A stretch of 64,000 bases of DNA from Thecamonas trahens ATCC 50062 (GCF_000142905.1 NW_013657678.1:62001-126000); one strand, 5' to 3'; numbered from the stretch's first letter, positions 18,703-30,175 are shown. Notes: a model not told the origin generated them from the sequence alone. Program-made: numbers and translations.

Positions 18703-19965
18703 ATGTGCGGGAGACGGAGCTGGCAACGGCGGCATGGCTTTGAGCGACCGTTCTCGTTGCCGCAACTGGCTGCATGGGTGCTGAAGGTTGTCCTTGGAGG
18801 CCTGTTCATTGCCTTCCTCCTCCCGGCCATGCCCGTCGCCGTGGCATGGATCATCGGCGTCGCTGTCAGCATTGCTCTCGTCCTCGCCCTCAGCCTCATG
18901 CTCTTGCTCACCGGCACCAATCCGGGGCACCCATTGCTTGCTGAGAGCCGGCCATGGGAGCTTCCCGAGCCAGAGCCGGACTACTCGCAGCCTGCCATCA
19001 ATCCCGACACGCTCTTCTGTCGGCTGTGTCAGATCACCACCTCGCCAAGGACCAAGCATTGCTGGACGTGCGGCAAGTGTGTGGCGGGCTTTGATCACCA
19101 CTGCATGTGGCTGAACACATGTGTGGGCGATCGCAACTATGCGTGGTTCTTTGCCTACCTCGTCACCATGACCGGTCTGGCCGTCACCCTCATGGGTACC
19201 TCGTTTGTGGTCTTTGTTGTCTACTTTGTTGACCAGGCCTCGGTCGACTCGCACTTTTACAATGTCTACCCCGAGAGCGTCCCGCTCGCAGTGGTGGCGA
19301 TTGTCTCGGGCACCGTCGGTGTGCTCTGCGCCATCGCCCTCGCCCTCCTTGCCCACCTGCTCGCCTTTCATATCTTTCTTATCTACAAGGGCGAATCGAC
19401 GTACGACTACATTGTGCGCCAGCGGGCGGCCGCAGACGCCGAGGCCGACGCTGCCGGAGAAGACCGCCCCTTACCTTCCACCTCGGTCATTCTCCCTCAA
19501 CTTCTCGCTACCGAGACCACCGGCTCGCCGCTCTCAGCTCGCCGCCGGCGCGGCAGCGCGAGCATGCCACCGTCGCCGCGGCTTGCCAAGCCCAAAGCCG
19601 GTTCGAACAAGGTTGCCCCGCTCTCGCTTGTCTCAGGCAAAGCCTCGCTTTCGGTCGATTCGGAGGACAACTCTCGGATGATTTCGCCCCGCGAGATGGC
19701 CGCAGAGCGCGTCGCCCAGTTTGCCGCCCGCTACTCGGACCGCTCACCGCGCGGCCGCTCCGAGTCTTACGGAAACTCGGCGACGAACTCAATTGCCAAC
19801 AAGCGTGCAATGTTCCACTTCTCGTCTGACATCGACGGCGAGACCTCAGCCGAGCCCGCCAGCACCGTCACCACCTCGCACGCCGACGGTGTCCATCCGT
19901 CCTCGCCAGTCTACACCAGCTCGGTCCTCTCGTCCCACGCGAGCGAGACGACTTCCGGCTCTTAG
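18703..19965 (+). CDS. DHHC palmitoyltransferase (ZDHHC1/11-like)
   Basis: FCRLC..RTKHCWTCGKCVAGFDHHCMWLNTCVGDRNY; RRHGF..P..Q N-terminal motif; STYDYI. Confidence 0.95.
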   Translation: MCGRRSWQRRHGFERPFSLPQLAAWVLKVVLGGLFIAFLLPAMPVAVAWIIGVAVSIALVLALSLMLLLTGTNPGHPLLAESRPWELPEPEPDYSQPAINPDTLFCRLCQITTSPRTKHCWTCGKCVAGFDHHCMWLNTCVGDRNYAWFFAYLVTMTGLAVTLMGTSFVVFVVYFVDQASVDSHFYNVYPESVPLAVVAIVSGTVGVLCAIALALLAHLLAFHIFLIYKGESTYDYIVRQRAAADAEADAAGEDRPLPSTSVILPQLLATETTGSPLSARRRRGSASMPPSPRLAKPKAGSNKVAPLSLVSGKASLSVDSEDNSRMISPREMAAERVAQFAARYSDRSPRGRSESYGNSATNSIANKRAMFHFSSDIDGETSAEPASTVTTSHADGVHPSSPVYTSSVLSSHASETTSGS

Positions 19966-20152
19966 GTGCCCTCAGTTTGAGCACACTGTGCTGCAACGTA
20001 AATCCACCGCGGCTCTCGTGCCTCTCATCGATTCGCAACTCGCCGCTTTGCAGGTAGAGCCCCGCTGGCAGCCAGCTCGCCCGCGCCGCGTTGACTCGTT
20101 GCACCACCCAACGTTATTTAGCACAGGCCAAGTCGCAGACCTCCCAAGAGCT

Positions 20153-20857
20153 ATGTCGTCCTCGCAAGCTACTAGCGAAGCCATCCCCACTGTCGCAAGC
20201 CCGGCCCGACTGCACTACTTTGAAGGCCGCGGCCTCGCCGAGAGCGTCCGGCTCATGCTCGCCGCCACCGAGACTGAGTTTGAGTTTGTGCCGGTCACCA
20301 CCCACGAGGCCTTCCTGGCGCTCCGCGACTCTGGGAGGCTGCTGTTTGGCCAGCTGCCGCTGCTTGAGATCGACGGTCTCAATCTTGTCCAGTCCATGGC
20401 AATGGTCCGCTATCTTGCCCGCCGTGGCCATCTGTACGGTGCCACGCCCGAGGACGCCGTCGAGGCCGACATGATCGCCGACTCGATCCGCGATGCGCTG
20501 CGGGCGTTCACCTCGCTTCCGTTTGCTCGCGATCGCACCGCCGCCATCGACGCCGCTGCCGCTGCTGCCGCCAAGTACTTTCCGCGATTCGAGGCCATTC
20601 TCGAGCGCGCCCCGGCGTCGTCGGTTTACTTTGTCGGCGCAAAGCTGACGTACCCGGACGTGACTTTGGTCGAGCTCACCTGCTACGCACTTGAGGTTCT
20701 GGGACATGACGTCCTTGACGCCTATCCATGCCTCGCCGCGCACCACGCCGCCATGGTCGCCCTCCCGGGCATCGCGGCGTACCTGGCGTCACCACAGCGC
20801 TACAAGCTCGGCGACGCTGTCTACGTCGAGCAGGTCAACCGGGTCCTCGGCCGCTAA
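20153..20857 (+). CDS. Glutathione S-transferase (alpha/sigma-like)
   Basis: LHYFEGRGLAESVRLML, LFGQLPLLEIDG, QSMAMVRYLAR, VGAKLTYPD. Confidence 0.93.
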   Translation: MSSSQATSEAIPTVASPARLHYFEGRGLAESVRLMLAATETEFEFVPVTTHEAFLALRDSGRLLFGQLPLLEIDGLNLVQSMAMVRYLARRGHLYGATPEDAVEADMIADSIRDALRAFTSLPFARDRTAAIDAAAAAAAKYFPRFEAILERAPASSVYFVGAKLTYPDVTLVELTCYALEVLGHDVLDAYPCLAAHHAAMVALPGIAAYLASPQRYKLGDAVYVEQVNRVLGR

Positions 20858-20876
20858 TCGCGGCCGTAGCAGAGCG

Positions 20877-21635
20877 TCAGGCCTTCAAGTGCGCCACATC
20901 AAGTAGCATCGCCGCGTAGTCGGCAATCTCAATCCGGCCGTTGCTAGGATTGACTGCCGCCGAGAGCGCAGCCGACAGCTCGGCCTCATCAAGCGGGCGC
21001 TCGCCCGCCTCCTCGCGCGCCGTCACCATCGCCGTCTTGAACTCCTCGGCCGTAAGATAGCTGCGACCACGAGCGACCAGCGCCGTGAACGCGTCCTGCA
21101 ACTCACTGCTAGACGGCAGCGCGTACTTGTTGTCCACCACCGCCCGGATGCACACCTCCTCCAGCGCCACCAGCGCCACAAACCGCGCCGCGCCTCCGCC
21201 GGCGGCCTCGCCATCCGCGGCCGCGGCCGCCTCTCTGTCGCCATTTCCATCAGTACCGGCAGCCTTGCCTGTCTCCCCGCCGTCGACCGCCGTGCTCTCA
21301 TCACCGACGGCAGCGCTCTCGCCTTCATCCACGCCCTCGCCCACATCGACCAGCTCTTCAACAAGCTCATCGACCTCGTTAAGATCCGGTGCCATGCCCA
21401 ATGAAGCCAAGACAAACTTGACATCGCTATGTGCGCAGAATAGAGGGAGGGAGGGAGGGTGAGTGTGTGCCTCGATGATGGGTGGGGAGGGGGGGGGGGA
21501 GTGGGGAAAGGGAGAGGAGAGGGGGAGGGAGGCCTACCTGGCGGCAATCACCGTCTTGCCGTCAACATGACAAGCAAAGACCATGCAAGCATGGTGCACC
21601 TTCTGGGCTATCTTTTCTCCGTGTTCTGGGTCCAT
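20877..21635 (-). CDS. EFCAB2: EF-hand protein EFCAB2/DRC8-like; exons 21635-21538 and 21426-20877
   Basis: GTAGGC...CATAG intron (21537-21427); KVHHACMVF..KTV..DVKFVLASLGMAP..ELQDAF..YLTAEEF..LSAAVNP..I..ADY. Confidence 0.75.
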
Positions 21636-21776
21636 GGCTCACCGCAGTGTGAGTATGGAGTCGAGTGGCCTGTGCCGTCGACGTCGCCGTAAGGGGGGGG
21701 GGGGGGGGAAGGGCGGCTGAGCAACGGACTTTGCCGAGTGGCTGCCAATGGCATCGGGAGGGGGGGGGGGGGGGGG

Positions 21777-21876
21777 NNNNNNNNNNNNNNNNNNNNNNNN
21801 NNNNNNNNNNNNNNNNNNNNNNNNNNNNNNNNNNNNNNNNNNNNNNNNNNNNNNNNNNNNNNNNNNNNNNNNNNNN
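21777..21876. other. Assembly gap
   Basis: N run following poly-G. Confidence 1.
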
Positions 21877-22195
21877 CAGGTGAGGGTAACCAGAGGCTAC
21901 GGACCATGTTACGACTGCCAAACACCATCAGATGGCAGACAATGTGCAGATTACACAGACATTCAAGACCTTGTTCCGGATCATACCATCGTACCATATG
22001 CCCAGCAGCTCAGCTCATCGCATCCCTTCCTCCCCCTCCCCCCCCCCCCTCTCCTCTCCTGAGCTGGGAACACACCCATGTCACACACACACACACGCAC
22101 CAGCCACCAGCACCCGCCCGCCCCACACACACGCACACACGCCCCCACACCTGTCGCCACTCACTCACCCACCACATTTGGTGCTTGGGGGGACC

Positions 22196-23722
22196 ATGCC
22201 GTCTGCTACGGCACTCACCTCGGGGATGGCCCTCGTCCTTGCCGTCGTCCTTTGCCTGGCTGGCTGGTGCGCTGGCAACCAGAGCGAGTTCGTCCTCTCG
22301 GTTGGCATGGAAGTGGAGCACTCTATCTCGCCACAGAGTCCTCGACGGTTTCGGCTGAGCTATACTGCGGCTCACACTTGGTTTTGCGTCTCGGCTATGG
22401 TTGATCTCTCTCCTCATCATGCCCACATGGCTTTGTACTGGTCGCCCAACTCGCTTCCTGAGGATGGCTATGCCGCTGCTGCGGCTGGATCGGGTTCCGG
22501 CACGGCTGCTGTCGTGTGCGGGGATACGGTCGCAGGCGCTCCATCGCCACCTACTGCGTATTTAGTGCTGGAGACAAGAGTGGTTGACGGCTCGCAGCCT
22601 GATGCTGATGTCAAGGTCGCCCTACTGGCGGTGTCTGGCGTGGGTCCGCGCCCGGGCCTAGGCCGTAGCCTCGATCTTGCGCTTGCTGACGGAGTGGCCG
22701 ACTCGGGCGCGGCGTTTGGTACTGAGCTTGCTGCCTCGCTCCGGTTTGCGCCATCGCCCAACGAGGCCGCGGTTGCCGAGTACTGGGTCTTCTACGGCCC
22801 ACTCTATGCCACTCATCTGATAACCGGCGGCCCGCTGACGCTCGCGCAAGCTGCGGCGCGCGGAACTCCTGGCGGCGACATGCTCGCGCTGTGGCGGGCG
22901 GCAAACACAGGTAGTGAGCTCGCAGATGTTGCCGGCAACTTTACTCGGGTCGTGGTGAGCCCGGCGTGCGCCTCACGGCCAGTGTCGTGCCAATACTCGG
23001 TCCCGGTGACGCTCGCGGCCGGCACTGCCAATCTGGCCGCGGTAGTGGTGGTGCCCGGACCGAGCGCCGCTGCCGGCTCCGACTACGTGGCGGCGGCCGC
23101 ATATGTGACTGCGGCGTGCACCTCGCGGTCTGCGGTCGCCTCGTATGGAGGGTGCCGGCCTGAGGAGCTGGCGTCGTCGCCGCGGTCGAGCCCGTCAGCC
23201 AACGCCGCCGCCGCTGCGTGGATCTGGTTCCTCATTGTCGTAGCGTTGGTTTTTGTGGGCGTAATGGCCTTTGTTATGGGCCGGACGACATACATTCGCT
23301 GGCGCCGCCGCCGCCGGATGCAGGCCCGCGCCCGCGCCCGCGCCCGCGGCGAGCACGAGGCTGGGCCCGGAAGCGACGGCCTGCTCGGCAAGTCTGGCCG
23401 CAAGCAAGTCCACGCCGATTTTGACAACACGCCCGAGTGGATGTGGCAGAAGACCGAGTACGACAAGAACATGTACGCCATCGGCCACGATCCGGCCGCC
23501 GAAGGCGTTCCGCGCCTCCGGGTCGTCGACTACGAGGCCGCCGACGGCAAAAAGGCGCGCGACCGCTCCAAACGAGATTCCAGAGCTGTAACGCCGCAGG
23601 CACTCGCCTCTGCGCCCGAGCTCTCGACCTCGTCGACCTCACACTCGTCGCGCTCGTCGCGCTCGTCGTCGTACTCGGACTACGGTGGCGAGTACTCGTA
23701 CTCTTCGACGTCGAGCTCGTGA
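22196..23722 (+). CDS. Type I membrane protein of unknown function
   Basis: Signal peptide (MALVLAVVLCLAGWCAG); single TM WIWFLIVVALVFVGVMAFVM followed by poly-Arg; Ser-rich tail. Confidence 0.7.
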   Translation: MPSATALTSGMALVLAVVLCLAGWCAGNQSEFVLSVGMEVEHSISPQSPRRFRLSYTAAHTWFCVSAMVDLSPHHAHMALYWSPNSLPEDGYAAAAAGSGSGTAAVVCGDTVAGAPSPPTAYLVLETRVVDGSQPDADVKVALLAVSGVGPRPGLGRSLDLALADGVADSGAAFGTELAASLRFAPSPNEAAVAEYWVFYGPLYATHLITGGPLTLAQAAARGTPGGDMLALWRAANTGSELADVAGNFTRVVVSPACASRPVSCQYSVPVTLAAGTANLAAVVVVPGPSAAAGSDYVAAAAYVTAACTSRSAVASYGGCRPEELASSPRSSPSANAAAAAWIWFLIVVALVFVGVMAFVMGRTTYIRWRRRRRMQARARARARGEHEAGPGSDGLLGKSGRKQVHADFDNTPEWMWQKTEYDKNMYAIGHDPAAEGVPRLRVVDYEAADGKKARDRSKRDSRAVTPQALASAPELSTSSTSHSSRSSRSSSYSDYGGEYSYSSTSSS

Positions 23723-23728
23723 ACGCTG

Positions 23729-24388
23729 TCAGGTCCGCGCCAGATGGCTAATAATGTCAACCCAGTCGTGGCCGCGCGGACGCTCGCCGGCAATAAAGTC
23801 CATGCCCTTGAGCGCTCGCTTCTTCTCCTTCTTGGTCATCTTGGCGGTCTTGTTCGAGCCGCGCTTGCAAGCGCTCGCGCCGTCGTCGCCGCCATCAGGC
23901 TCACCGTCGGATCCGCCGCCGGTGTCACGGCCAACACTGGGGTCAACTGGCGGAATGAGGTCACGAAAGGCCTCGCGCACAGCCTCGACAACATCGTACA
24001 CCGCCGCGGCGCCGTCAGCCTCGGCCGCCGTTGCCTCCATCAGCTCGCCGAGCGCCTCCCGCGCCTCGTCCGACAGAATGCCTTCGTTGGCAAAGACGTC
24101 GACCGAGGCTACAACCCCAGCCTCGAGCGGGTACTCTGGCACAAAGGTAAACTCGAGAACAATCGGCCGGTAGCCAGCCTTGCCATCGTCGTCGGCTTCA
24201 TCCTGCCCGTCCCCGCTTCCCTCGTTGTCGCCGTCGTCATCGTCCGACAAACGAGGCGGCTGGACCGTGACCTGGACCACATACGGCTCAGTGGAGATGC
24301 AGGCAAAGGCCTCGCTGTAAATAGCCTCCAGAGCCTCCACCTCGTCCTGCTGCATCTCCAAGCACTCTTCCAGTAGGTCCGCCGCCAT
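23729..24388 (-). CDS. RWD-domain protein
   Basis: QQDEVEALEAIY, LEFTFVPEYP, AVYDVVEAVRE; C-terminal GERPRGHDWVDIISHL. Confidence 0.85.
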   Translation of the reverse strand: MAADLLEECLEMQQDEVEALEAIYSEAFACISTEPYVVQVTVQPPRLSDDDDGDNEGSGDGQDEADDDGKAGYRPIVLEFTFVPEYPLEAGVVASVDVFANEGILSDEAREALGELMEATAAEADGAAAVYDVVEAVREAFRDLIPPVDPSVGRDTGGGSDGEPDGGDDGASACKRGSNKTAKMTKKEKKRALKGMDFIAGERPRGHDWVDIISHLART

Positions 24389-24450
24389 GCTTGAGAGTCG
24401 TCGAGTCGGGTGTCGCCAGGAGGGGGGGGGGGGGGGGGATGAGGTCGCCA

Positions 24451-24510
24451 ACAGCCGTACCCACAGCTGCGCCCACAGCCGTACCCACAGCTGCGGCCAC
24501 AGCCGTACCC
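24451..24510. repeat. 24-bp tandem repeat, about 2.5 copies
   Basis: acagccgtacccacagctgcg(c/g)cc. Confidence 0.85.
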
Positions 24511-24762
24511 GCAACGGCGCTGGCCACGGGCTCGGTCAGCCACACGCCATTCACCGTCAGATGGTCTACACGGACAGATTGGGGCTAGTCTTGCTGATCA
24601 GGCAGATCAAGGCATCATGGCGGGTTATGTATAACATCATGTCGTCCTCCCAAAGCACGCCATCCCGTCCACCTACCTACCCATGCCCTTAGTCCACAAA
24701 GAGAGCACTACGTATGGCCGCTGGCTGCGACGGCTTGGCATCCGATCCACCTGCACCGATGC

Positions 24763-24847
24763 CACACACACACACACACACACACACACATGCATGCATG
24801 CATACATACATACATACATACATACATACATACATACATACATACAC
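24763..24847 (+). repeat. Compound microsatellite (CA)n(TGCA)n(TACA)n
   Basis: Directly visible. Confidence 0.95.
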
Positions 24848-25007
24848 TGTACTTCCGCGCACAACATACCACGCCCATGCCCATACTCATCCCCGCATGA
24901 TAGATCGCCCCCTCTCATCGCCGCCCAATCGCACATGCTCCCCCAGCCCCCCACCCCCCTCCTCCCCCCCACACACACACCGGTACTGCACTCGCTCAAC
25001 CTTCCAC

Positions 25008-25580
25008 ATGACAAACTCTCTCTTTCGACTTGTGCTGGTGGCTGTGCTCGTGGCATGTGCCGTTACAGCGCGTGGTGCGCGTGGTGCGCAGCCGCATCGG
25101 TTCCCCGGTATCATGCTCTGCGGACCGCGGGTCGACGCCAAGACGGCGACCATGACGTTTCGGGCGAGTCGGACAGGCGCGTTTGTGGAGATGGCTGCCG
25201 ATGGGCTTACGGTGGTTCAAGTCGGTGATGCTGGGCAGCCGCATGCTGCGAGCTCGATCCCGTGCCTGGTCTTCAACGGCAACGGCGGCAAGTCGAGCAT
25301 GATCGGTATGCCTGGTGAGTCGGTCGGCGTCGTCAACGCCTCATCCATTGCCATCGAATACATTTCTCTCTTTGATCCGCTCCTTCCCGTCCCGACCTTC
25401 CTCGACGAGTACACCGATCTCATCTGGGCCTACTACGACCATGCGCTCGTCAACGTCTTTGGCCGCGTCGGCAGCCAGTTCTCAGCCATCCTCCACACCC
25501 ATCCCTACCCAGACCCGCCGCAGATCATCTGGATTGAGCTCGACGCCCTCTACACCTACAACGTCCACGACGTCGAGTAG
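25008..25580 (+). CDS. Small secreted protein of unknown function
   Basis: Signal peptide MTNSLFRLVLVAVLVACAVTA; C-ending codon bias. Confidence 0.7.
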   Translation: MTNSLFRLVLVAVLVACAVTARGARGAQPHRFPGIMLCGPRVDAKTATMTFRASRTGAFVEMAADGLTVVQVGDAGQPHAASSIPCLVFNGNGGKSSMIGMPGESVGVVNASSIAIEYISLFDPLLPVPTFLDEYTDLIWAYYDHALVNVFGRVGSQFSAILHTHPYPDPPQIIWIELDALYTYNVHDVE

Positions 25581-25640
25581 CCAAAATCGTGTTTACCGCC
25601 CGAGAAGTTGGAGTAAAGCTCTGTGGCGCGCGCAGCGCAT

Positions 25641-26714
25641 CTACGCCCGCTGCGAGCCGCTGGCGCTCGACGGGAGCATGTAGCGCGACGCGTGGGCATG
25701 CGCACTCGCCGCCCACCGCGACTCGAACGCATCCAGTTCGTCGGCCGTCATGTTGACGTAGTTTTGCTGCGTCTCGACGTTGCCGGCAAGATCGGCCGAC
25801 CGGATGACCTCGTATCCAGTTTCGCCCATCCGTCGCCGCACGCCCTGCGCCGTCCCGGTCTGCGGATCGTGAACCGCGCGCGCGCTCTGCTCGTACCCGG
25901 GCCCGCGTGCCACGCTCCGCGTCTCGTAGTACGCCTTGCTCGGATCGCTGCCGCCCGACACGTACACCGACGACGAGCAATACGAGAAGCCGCCGCCGCC
26001 GCCGCCGAGCGCCGGTGCCAGCTCCTCGCCCACACCCATAGACCCGAACGCCCGCATCATGTTGCTCATCATCACCTCCATCGCCGCAAACGGCGAGCTT
26101 CCCCCGGACCACGGCACCAGTGAGCTCGACGGCATCTCCCACGGGTCCGCCGCCCGCCGCCCCTGCCGACTGCGTCCGCGCGTAACGTCCACGCCGACAT
26201 CTGGCCGCTGCACCGCCGGCGCCCGCGACGCCTCCACAACGTCTCCAAACTGCGCCTGCTCGCCAGCAGGTGCGCGCACAATCGCCGCCGCCGTCGGCCG
26301 GTGGTCATCGGCTTCGCCCGAATCTTCGTGAACATTCCGCCGCCCGGCCCGCTGGCCAAGAACCGCTAGCCCGGCGCTGTCGCCTCCGCCCAAGTCATAC
26401 GACGGCACCCGCAGGTGGTGCAAAGGCTGCCGCGCAGACCGCGCAGGCCGTGCAGACCGCACTGTCCGCCGCTGCCGCACAGACGGCGTGCACAAGCCTC
26501 CCGTGGCTGCTGGCAGGCTCGCCGTCGCTGCGTGGAACGACCCGGCCGACGACAGGCGACTCGGCGTGCGATAGCTGTTGCCGAGCCGACCGCTGCTCGA
26601 CCCTGACGTGGGGTGCCGGCGGTACCGGTTGCCGCTCGTTCGTGGAGTGTATCCGCTCGTTTGTGGCGTGTAGCGCGTACGCTGTGGCGTGGTGCTTGTG
26701 TATGACATCGACAT
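25641..26714 (-). CDS. Myeloid leukemia factor (MLF)-domain protein
   Basis: C-terminal FSYCSSSV..AYYETR..RGPG..AVHD..G..MGE..IRS..GNVE.QQNYVNM..LDAFESRW. Confidence 0.75.
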   Translation of the reverse strand: MSMSYTSTTPQRTRYTPQTSGYTPRTSGNRYRRHPTSGSSSGRLGNSYRTPSRLSSAGSFHAATASLPAATGGLCTPSVRQRRTVRSARPARSARQPLHHLRVPSYDLGGGDSAGLAVLGQRAGRRNVHEDSGEADDHRPTAAAIVRAPAGEQAQFGDVVEASRAPAVQRPDVGVDVTRGRSRQGRRAADPWEMPSSSLVPWSGGSSPFAAMEVMMSNMMRAFGSMGVGEELAPALGGGGGGFSYCSSSVYVSGGSDPSKAYYETRSVARGPGYEQSARAVHDPQTGTAQGVRRRMGETGYEVIRSADLAGNVETQQNYVNMTADELDAFESRWAASAHAHASRYMLPSSASGSQRA

Positions 26715-26789
26715 TCACATCGAAATGGAGATGACTGTGGGAGGGCGAGAGAAGAGCCAGAGACACGTGCTCAACGGGTCCTTCGCAGG

Positions 26790-26900
<111 letters not shown>

Positions 26901-27445
26901 TGCTACCTTTCACATACAGCCGTGGGGGTGGAAGGGAAGAGGTGGGGTATCACGGTGTAAAAAGCGGAAAACCCTACTCTCCGGCGAGAACAATTTTTCC
27001 ACGACCAACTTTCCCGCACGCGCGGCCCACCAATCACCCGCCGGCACTCGGCCCGGTGCGCCTTGCACCAGTTAGCTAGCAGTTCCGGGGCAGACCACAC
27101 AGACCAAGGCGGGCATCAAGAGGATGACTGCCACATAGCCAACGATCCCATCGTTATGGCACAAGTATTGCCATCGGCATGGATGACGACATGGGGCGTG
27201 GGAGTGGGGGTGGGAGGGGCGAGTATGTGTTGGACAGACAGAGAGGGGGCAACGGTCGAGCAGGTTGGCGAGCGAAACGGGGAGCAATATGTAGAACGGC
27301 AAGAAGTGGAGGGCGGAGCGGGGCTAGCGAAGAGTAGACGTCACTCACGTGAGACACAAGCGTTGTTCCGCCGTCTCTCTGTCGTCGGCCAACTCCTGCT
27401 GCACCCAAGCACTGCTTGCTCGTACCGTTACGGGCCTCCTTTACC

Positions 27446-30175
27446 ATGGGTTGTGGCTCGTCAAAGTCGACACGGGTGGCTCCGGCGGCAGAGCCTCCGG
27501 TCAGGCCACACAGCCAGGGAGACCGCACACAACCTGGCGCAGAGCATGGAGAGCAAGCCCGTAATCATGTCTCGCCAGCAAGGAATGACCCTGTTCAACC
27601 CCGTTCGCAACAGCCGTCACAACAGCCCCCGGCCGCCACGCCCGCCCGTGAGAACAACAACGACATCAGCCAAACAGCGAGACCGACCAAGGATCCGGCC
27701 GACGCCACACGCGCTACTTCGTCGGCGGCTCGTTCGCGAGAGCAAGGGATCGACGTTGATGATGCCGGTGGTAAGACGAGCGGGCTGGCGCAGACGAGCG
27801 AGCTGGCGCAGGCGCAGGCGCAGTCGCAGGCTGCGTCGCAAGCGCAGGCTCCAGCGGGTCGAGAGGACTCGCCAGCCGGAGGGCGAAAGATGCCAAGCAG
27901 CGCAAGCTCGGGACGCCCGCGGACAGCGTCAGGCGCAGACGCTGATGGCGGAGCCAAGGCTGCAGACGGTCTGGCGTCGGCGGCGTCGCGGACAGAGGCC
28001 AAGCCGGGCGCGGTGGCCGAGGAGCAGGGCCCTGGCAGGTTGCTGGCGCAGAAGCGGCTGTCACAGGGCTCAGAGACCAAGCTCCAAGCCACAGGTTCGA
28101 GCGAGATGACTCTTTCGCCACGCAAGACTGGCAACATATACGAGTCAAACGCCTCGGTCCGCTCGCCGGTCTCGTCGACGTCGGACGTAATGCTCTCGGG
28201 CTCGGTCCGCATCATGACGGCCAAGGTGACAAGCAAGTCGCCGAGCGGCATCACCCGCGGCTCGCAAAGCCAGTTTGTTCGCAAGAACTCGGGTCCGATT
28301 CTGCGCAACGGCGACAGCTTGGCGCCGACCAAACCAGGTGGGCGGCGGTCGTCGGTCGAGCTGCGCAACTCGCTCTCGGCGTCGATTTCACTCCTCGAGT
28401 CACTGCCTGAAGTCAACGAGCAGGTCATGGTCAGGCCGAGCTCGCGGCAGACGCTCGGCGTCGAAAACTCAACCGGCTCGGCGGCGTCGCTGTCGGCATC
28501 GGTCATGGGCTCGCTTCTCGACGAGGAGGCCGACGTCGAGCCGACGCTTGTTGGTCTCACCTACTCGCTCTTCCTCGACATCCAGCGGCTGCGGCCGGCC
28601 GACTCGCCGTTGAGTAAGACCGAGTTCCTCCTCCGGGTCATCAAGCGAATTATGATCATCCGTCGGACGATCAAGGCTGGTGACGGTGGGCGTGATAGTA
28701 TCAGTCTCGCCGACTACCTCGCGCCGCAGAACCGGCGCATGTCGACCACGCTCACACTGCCGTCGCGGAAGCAACTGTCCGGCGGCTCTGGTAGTCTCTC
28801 GCGGTCTCCGTCGCCACGCCTGGTGGTGGTGAAGCCGGACAATGGCAGGGAGAAGGAGAAGAGCAAGGGCAAGGAGAAGGAGCGCGACGGCGACGGCGAG
28901 TCGGATGACGACTCGGACGATGACTCAGACTCAGACTCGTCTTCGGGCTCGAGTGACGACTCGGAAGACGGCAGCGCCGTCCCGCGCGGCGGGTTTGCGT
29001 CACTGGAGGCGACGCTCGCTGCGGTGCAGGCTGCGGTGGCAGCCAAGGACGGTGGACGGTCCGACTCGCTGGCAGCATTCCAGGCCGAGGCTGAGGCCAT
29101 CCGGGCAAGGAACAGTGCTGATGTTGACGCCAAAACCAGCGAAGTGCCGGTGACGCAGATGTCTGGAACGCGGACCTCGATCTCAGGCTCGGCGCTCGAC
29201 AAGGACTCGGACTCGGACCTTGAGCTTGACGGCGTGCTGGATGACTCGGAGCTGGAGGACATTGTCGAGTCGGTGGCAGTCATTGTTCGCCTGGCCAAGG
29301 CCCGCATCGAGCAAGCATCCAACATCTCGAAGCGGTATCAGCGGAAGCGTGGCGAGCCGCGGCTCTCGGCCGTCCTCGGCTACCCAGACTCACTCTCCGA
29401 CTACAAGTTCCCCGAGGTGGCCCAGACCATGATGCAAACATACCACGCGCCTGGCAAAGCGCAACTTGCGCCGTCGGGCCGCGCCCTCTCGCGGACAAGG
29501 TCGGCCAGCAGGCTCGATGTCGACGCGGCGACCGACACCCAGATCTTCTCGACCGTCCAAAAATGGAAGCGCAAGATGCAATCGGTCTCGGTTGAAGCCA
29601 TGGCGGCGAACGGGCGCGGCGGAACCATGGTCGACGCGTCGATGAATGACATGCGTCGGGCGTCCAAGCTCGTGGCCACGCTCCTCTCGCACGCGCGGGC
29701 CAAGCTCGTGAGCGGCAAGAAAATCGCCGTCTCGCGGATCATCGACCCCGAACTGGCGTCATCGATGACGCGCACCTTTCACGGCAAGATCGAGGACGGC
29801 ACGCTTGTGGAGGACGTCGAGCTTGACGAGTTCTTCTCGCTCCTGCAGAAAGGTATCCGCGGTGAGATCTGGCTCAACCGTAAGCTCCCGTCCAACGTCT
29901 TCCGCAAGGAGCTCCGCTCGTCGCGGGCGCTCGTCCGCGAGAAGTCGCGTGGCTCGCCCTCGTTTCAGCGCGCACTCTCGCGCTCGTGTCGTTCCTCAGC
30001 CGTCGGCCTCGACGGCGCCCCCATCCCAGGCCTGCCCCAGCCCCAAGGTCCCGGCTCTGGCACACCCCCGCGCCGCACCTCGGGTCCGCGCCTCATCCCA
30101 GCTTCGGCAGCCAAGCCACGCAACTCAATCGTCACCTCGCTCGTCCGCAACTCGGAGATGTTTGACACTATCTAA
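27446..30175 (+). CDS. Large low-complexity protein with N-terminal MGCGSS acylation motif
   Basis: 909-aa ORF from ATG 27446; Gly2/Cys3. Confidence 0.75.
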   Translation: MGCGSSKSTRVAPAAEPPVRPHSQGDRTQPGAEHGEQARNHVSPARNDPVQPRSQQPSQQPPAATPARENNNDISQTARPTKDPADATRATSSAARSREQGIDVDDAGGKTSGLAQTSELAQAQAQSQAASQAQAPAGREDSPAGGRKMPSSASSGRPRTASGADADGGAKAADGLASAASRTEAKPGAVAEEQGPGRLLAQKRLSQGSETKLQATGSSEMTLSPRKTGNIYESNASVRSPVSSTSDVMLSGSVRIMTAKVTSKSPSGITRGSQSQFVRKNSGPILRNGDSLAPTKPGGRRSSVELRNSLSASISLLESLPEVNEQVMVRPSSRQTLGVENSTGSAASLSASVMGSLLDEEADVEPTLVGLTYSLFLDIQRLRPADSPLSKTEFLLRVIKRIMIIRRTIKAGDGGRDSISLADYLAPQNRRMSTTLTLPSRKQLSGGSGSLSRSPSPRLVVVKPDNGREKEKSKGKEKERDGDGESDDDSDDDSDSDSSSGSSDDSEDGSAVPRGGFASLEATLAAVQAAVAAKDGGRSDSLAAFQAEAEAIRARNSADVDAKTSEVPVTQMSGTRTSISGSALDKDSDSDLELDGVLDDSELEDIVESVAVIVRLAKARIEQASNISKRYQRKRGEPRLSAVLGYPDSLSDYKFPEVAQTMMQTYHAPGKAQLAPSGRALSRTRSASRLDVDAATDTQIFSTVQKWKRKMQSVSVEAMAANGRGGTMVDASMNDMRRASKLVATLLSHARAKLVSGKKIAVSRIIDPELASSMTRTFHGKIEDGTLVEDVELDEFFSLLQKGIRGEIWLNRKLPSNVFRKELRSSRALVREKSRGSPSFQRALSRSCRSSAVGLDGAPIPGLPQPQGPGSGTPPRRTSGPRLIPASAAKPRNSIVTSLVRNSEMFDTI

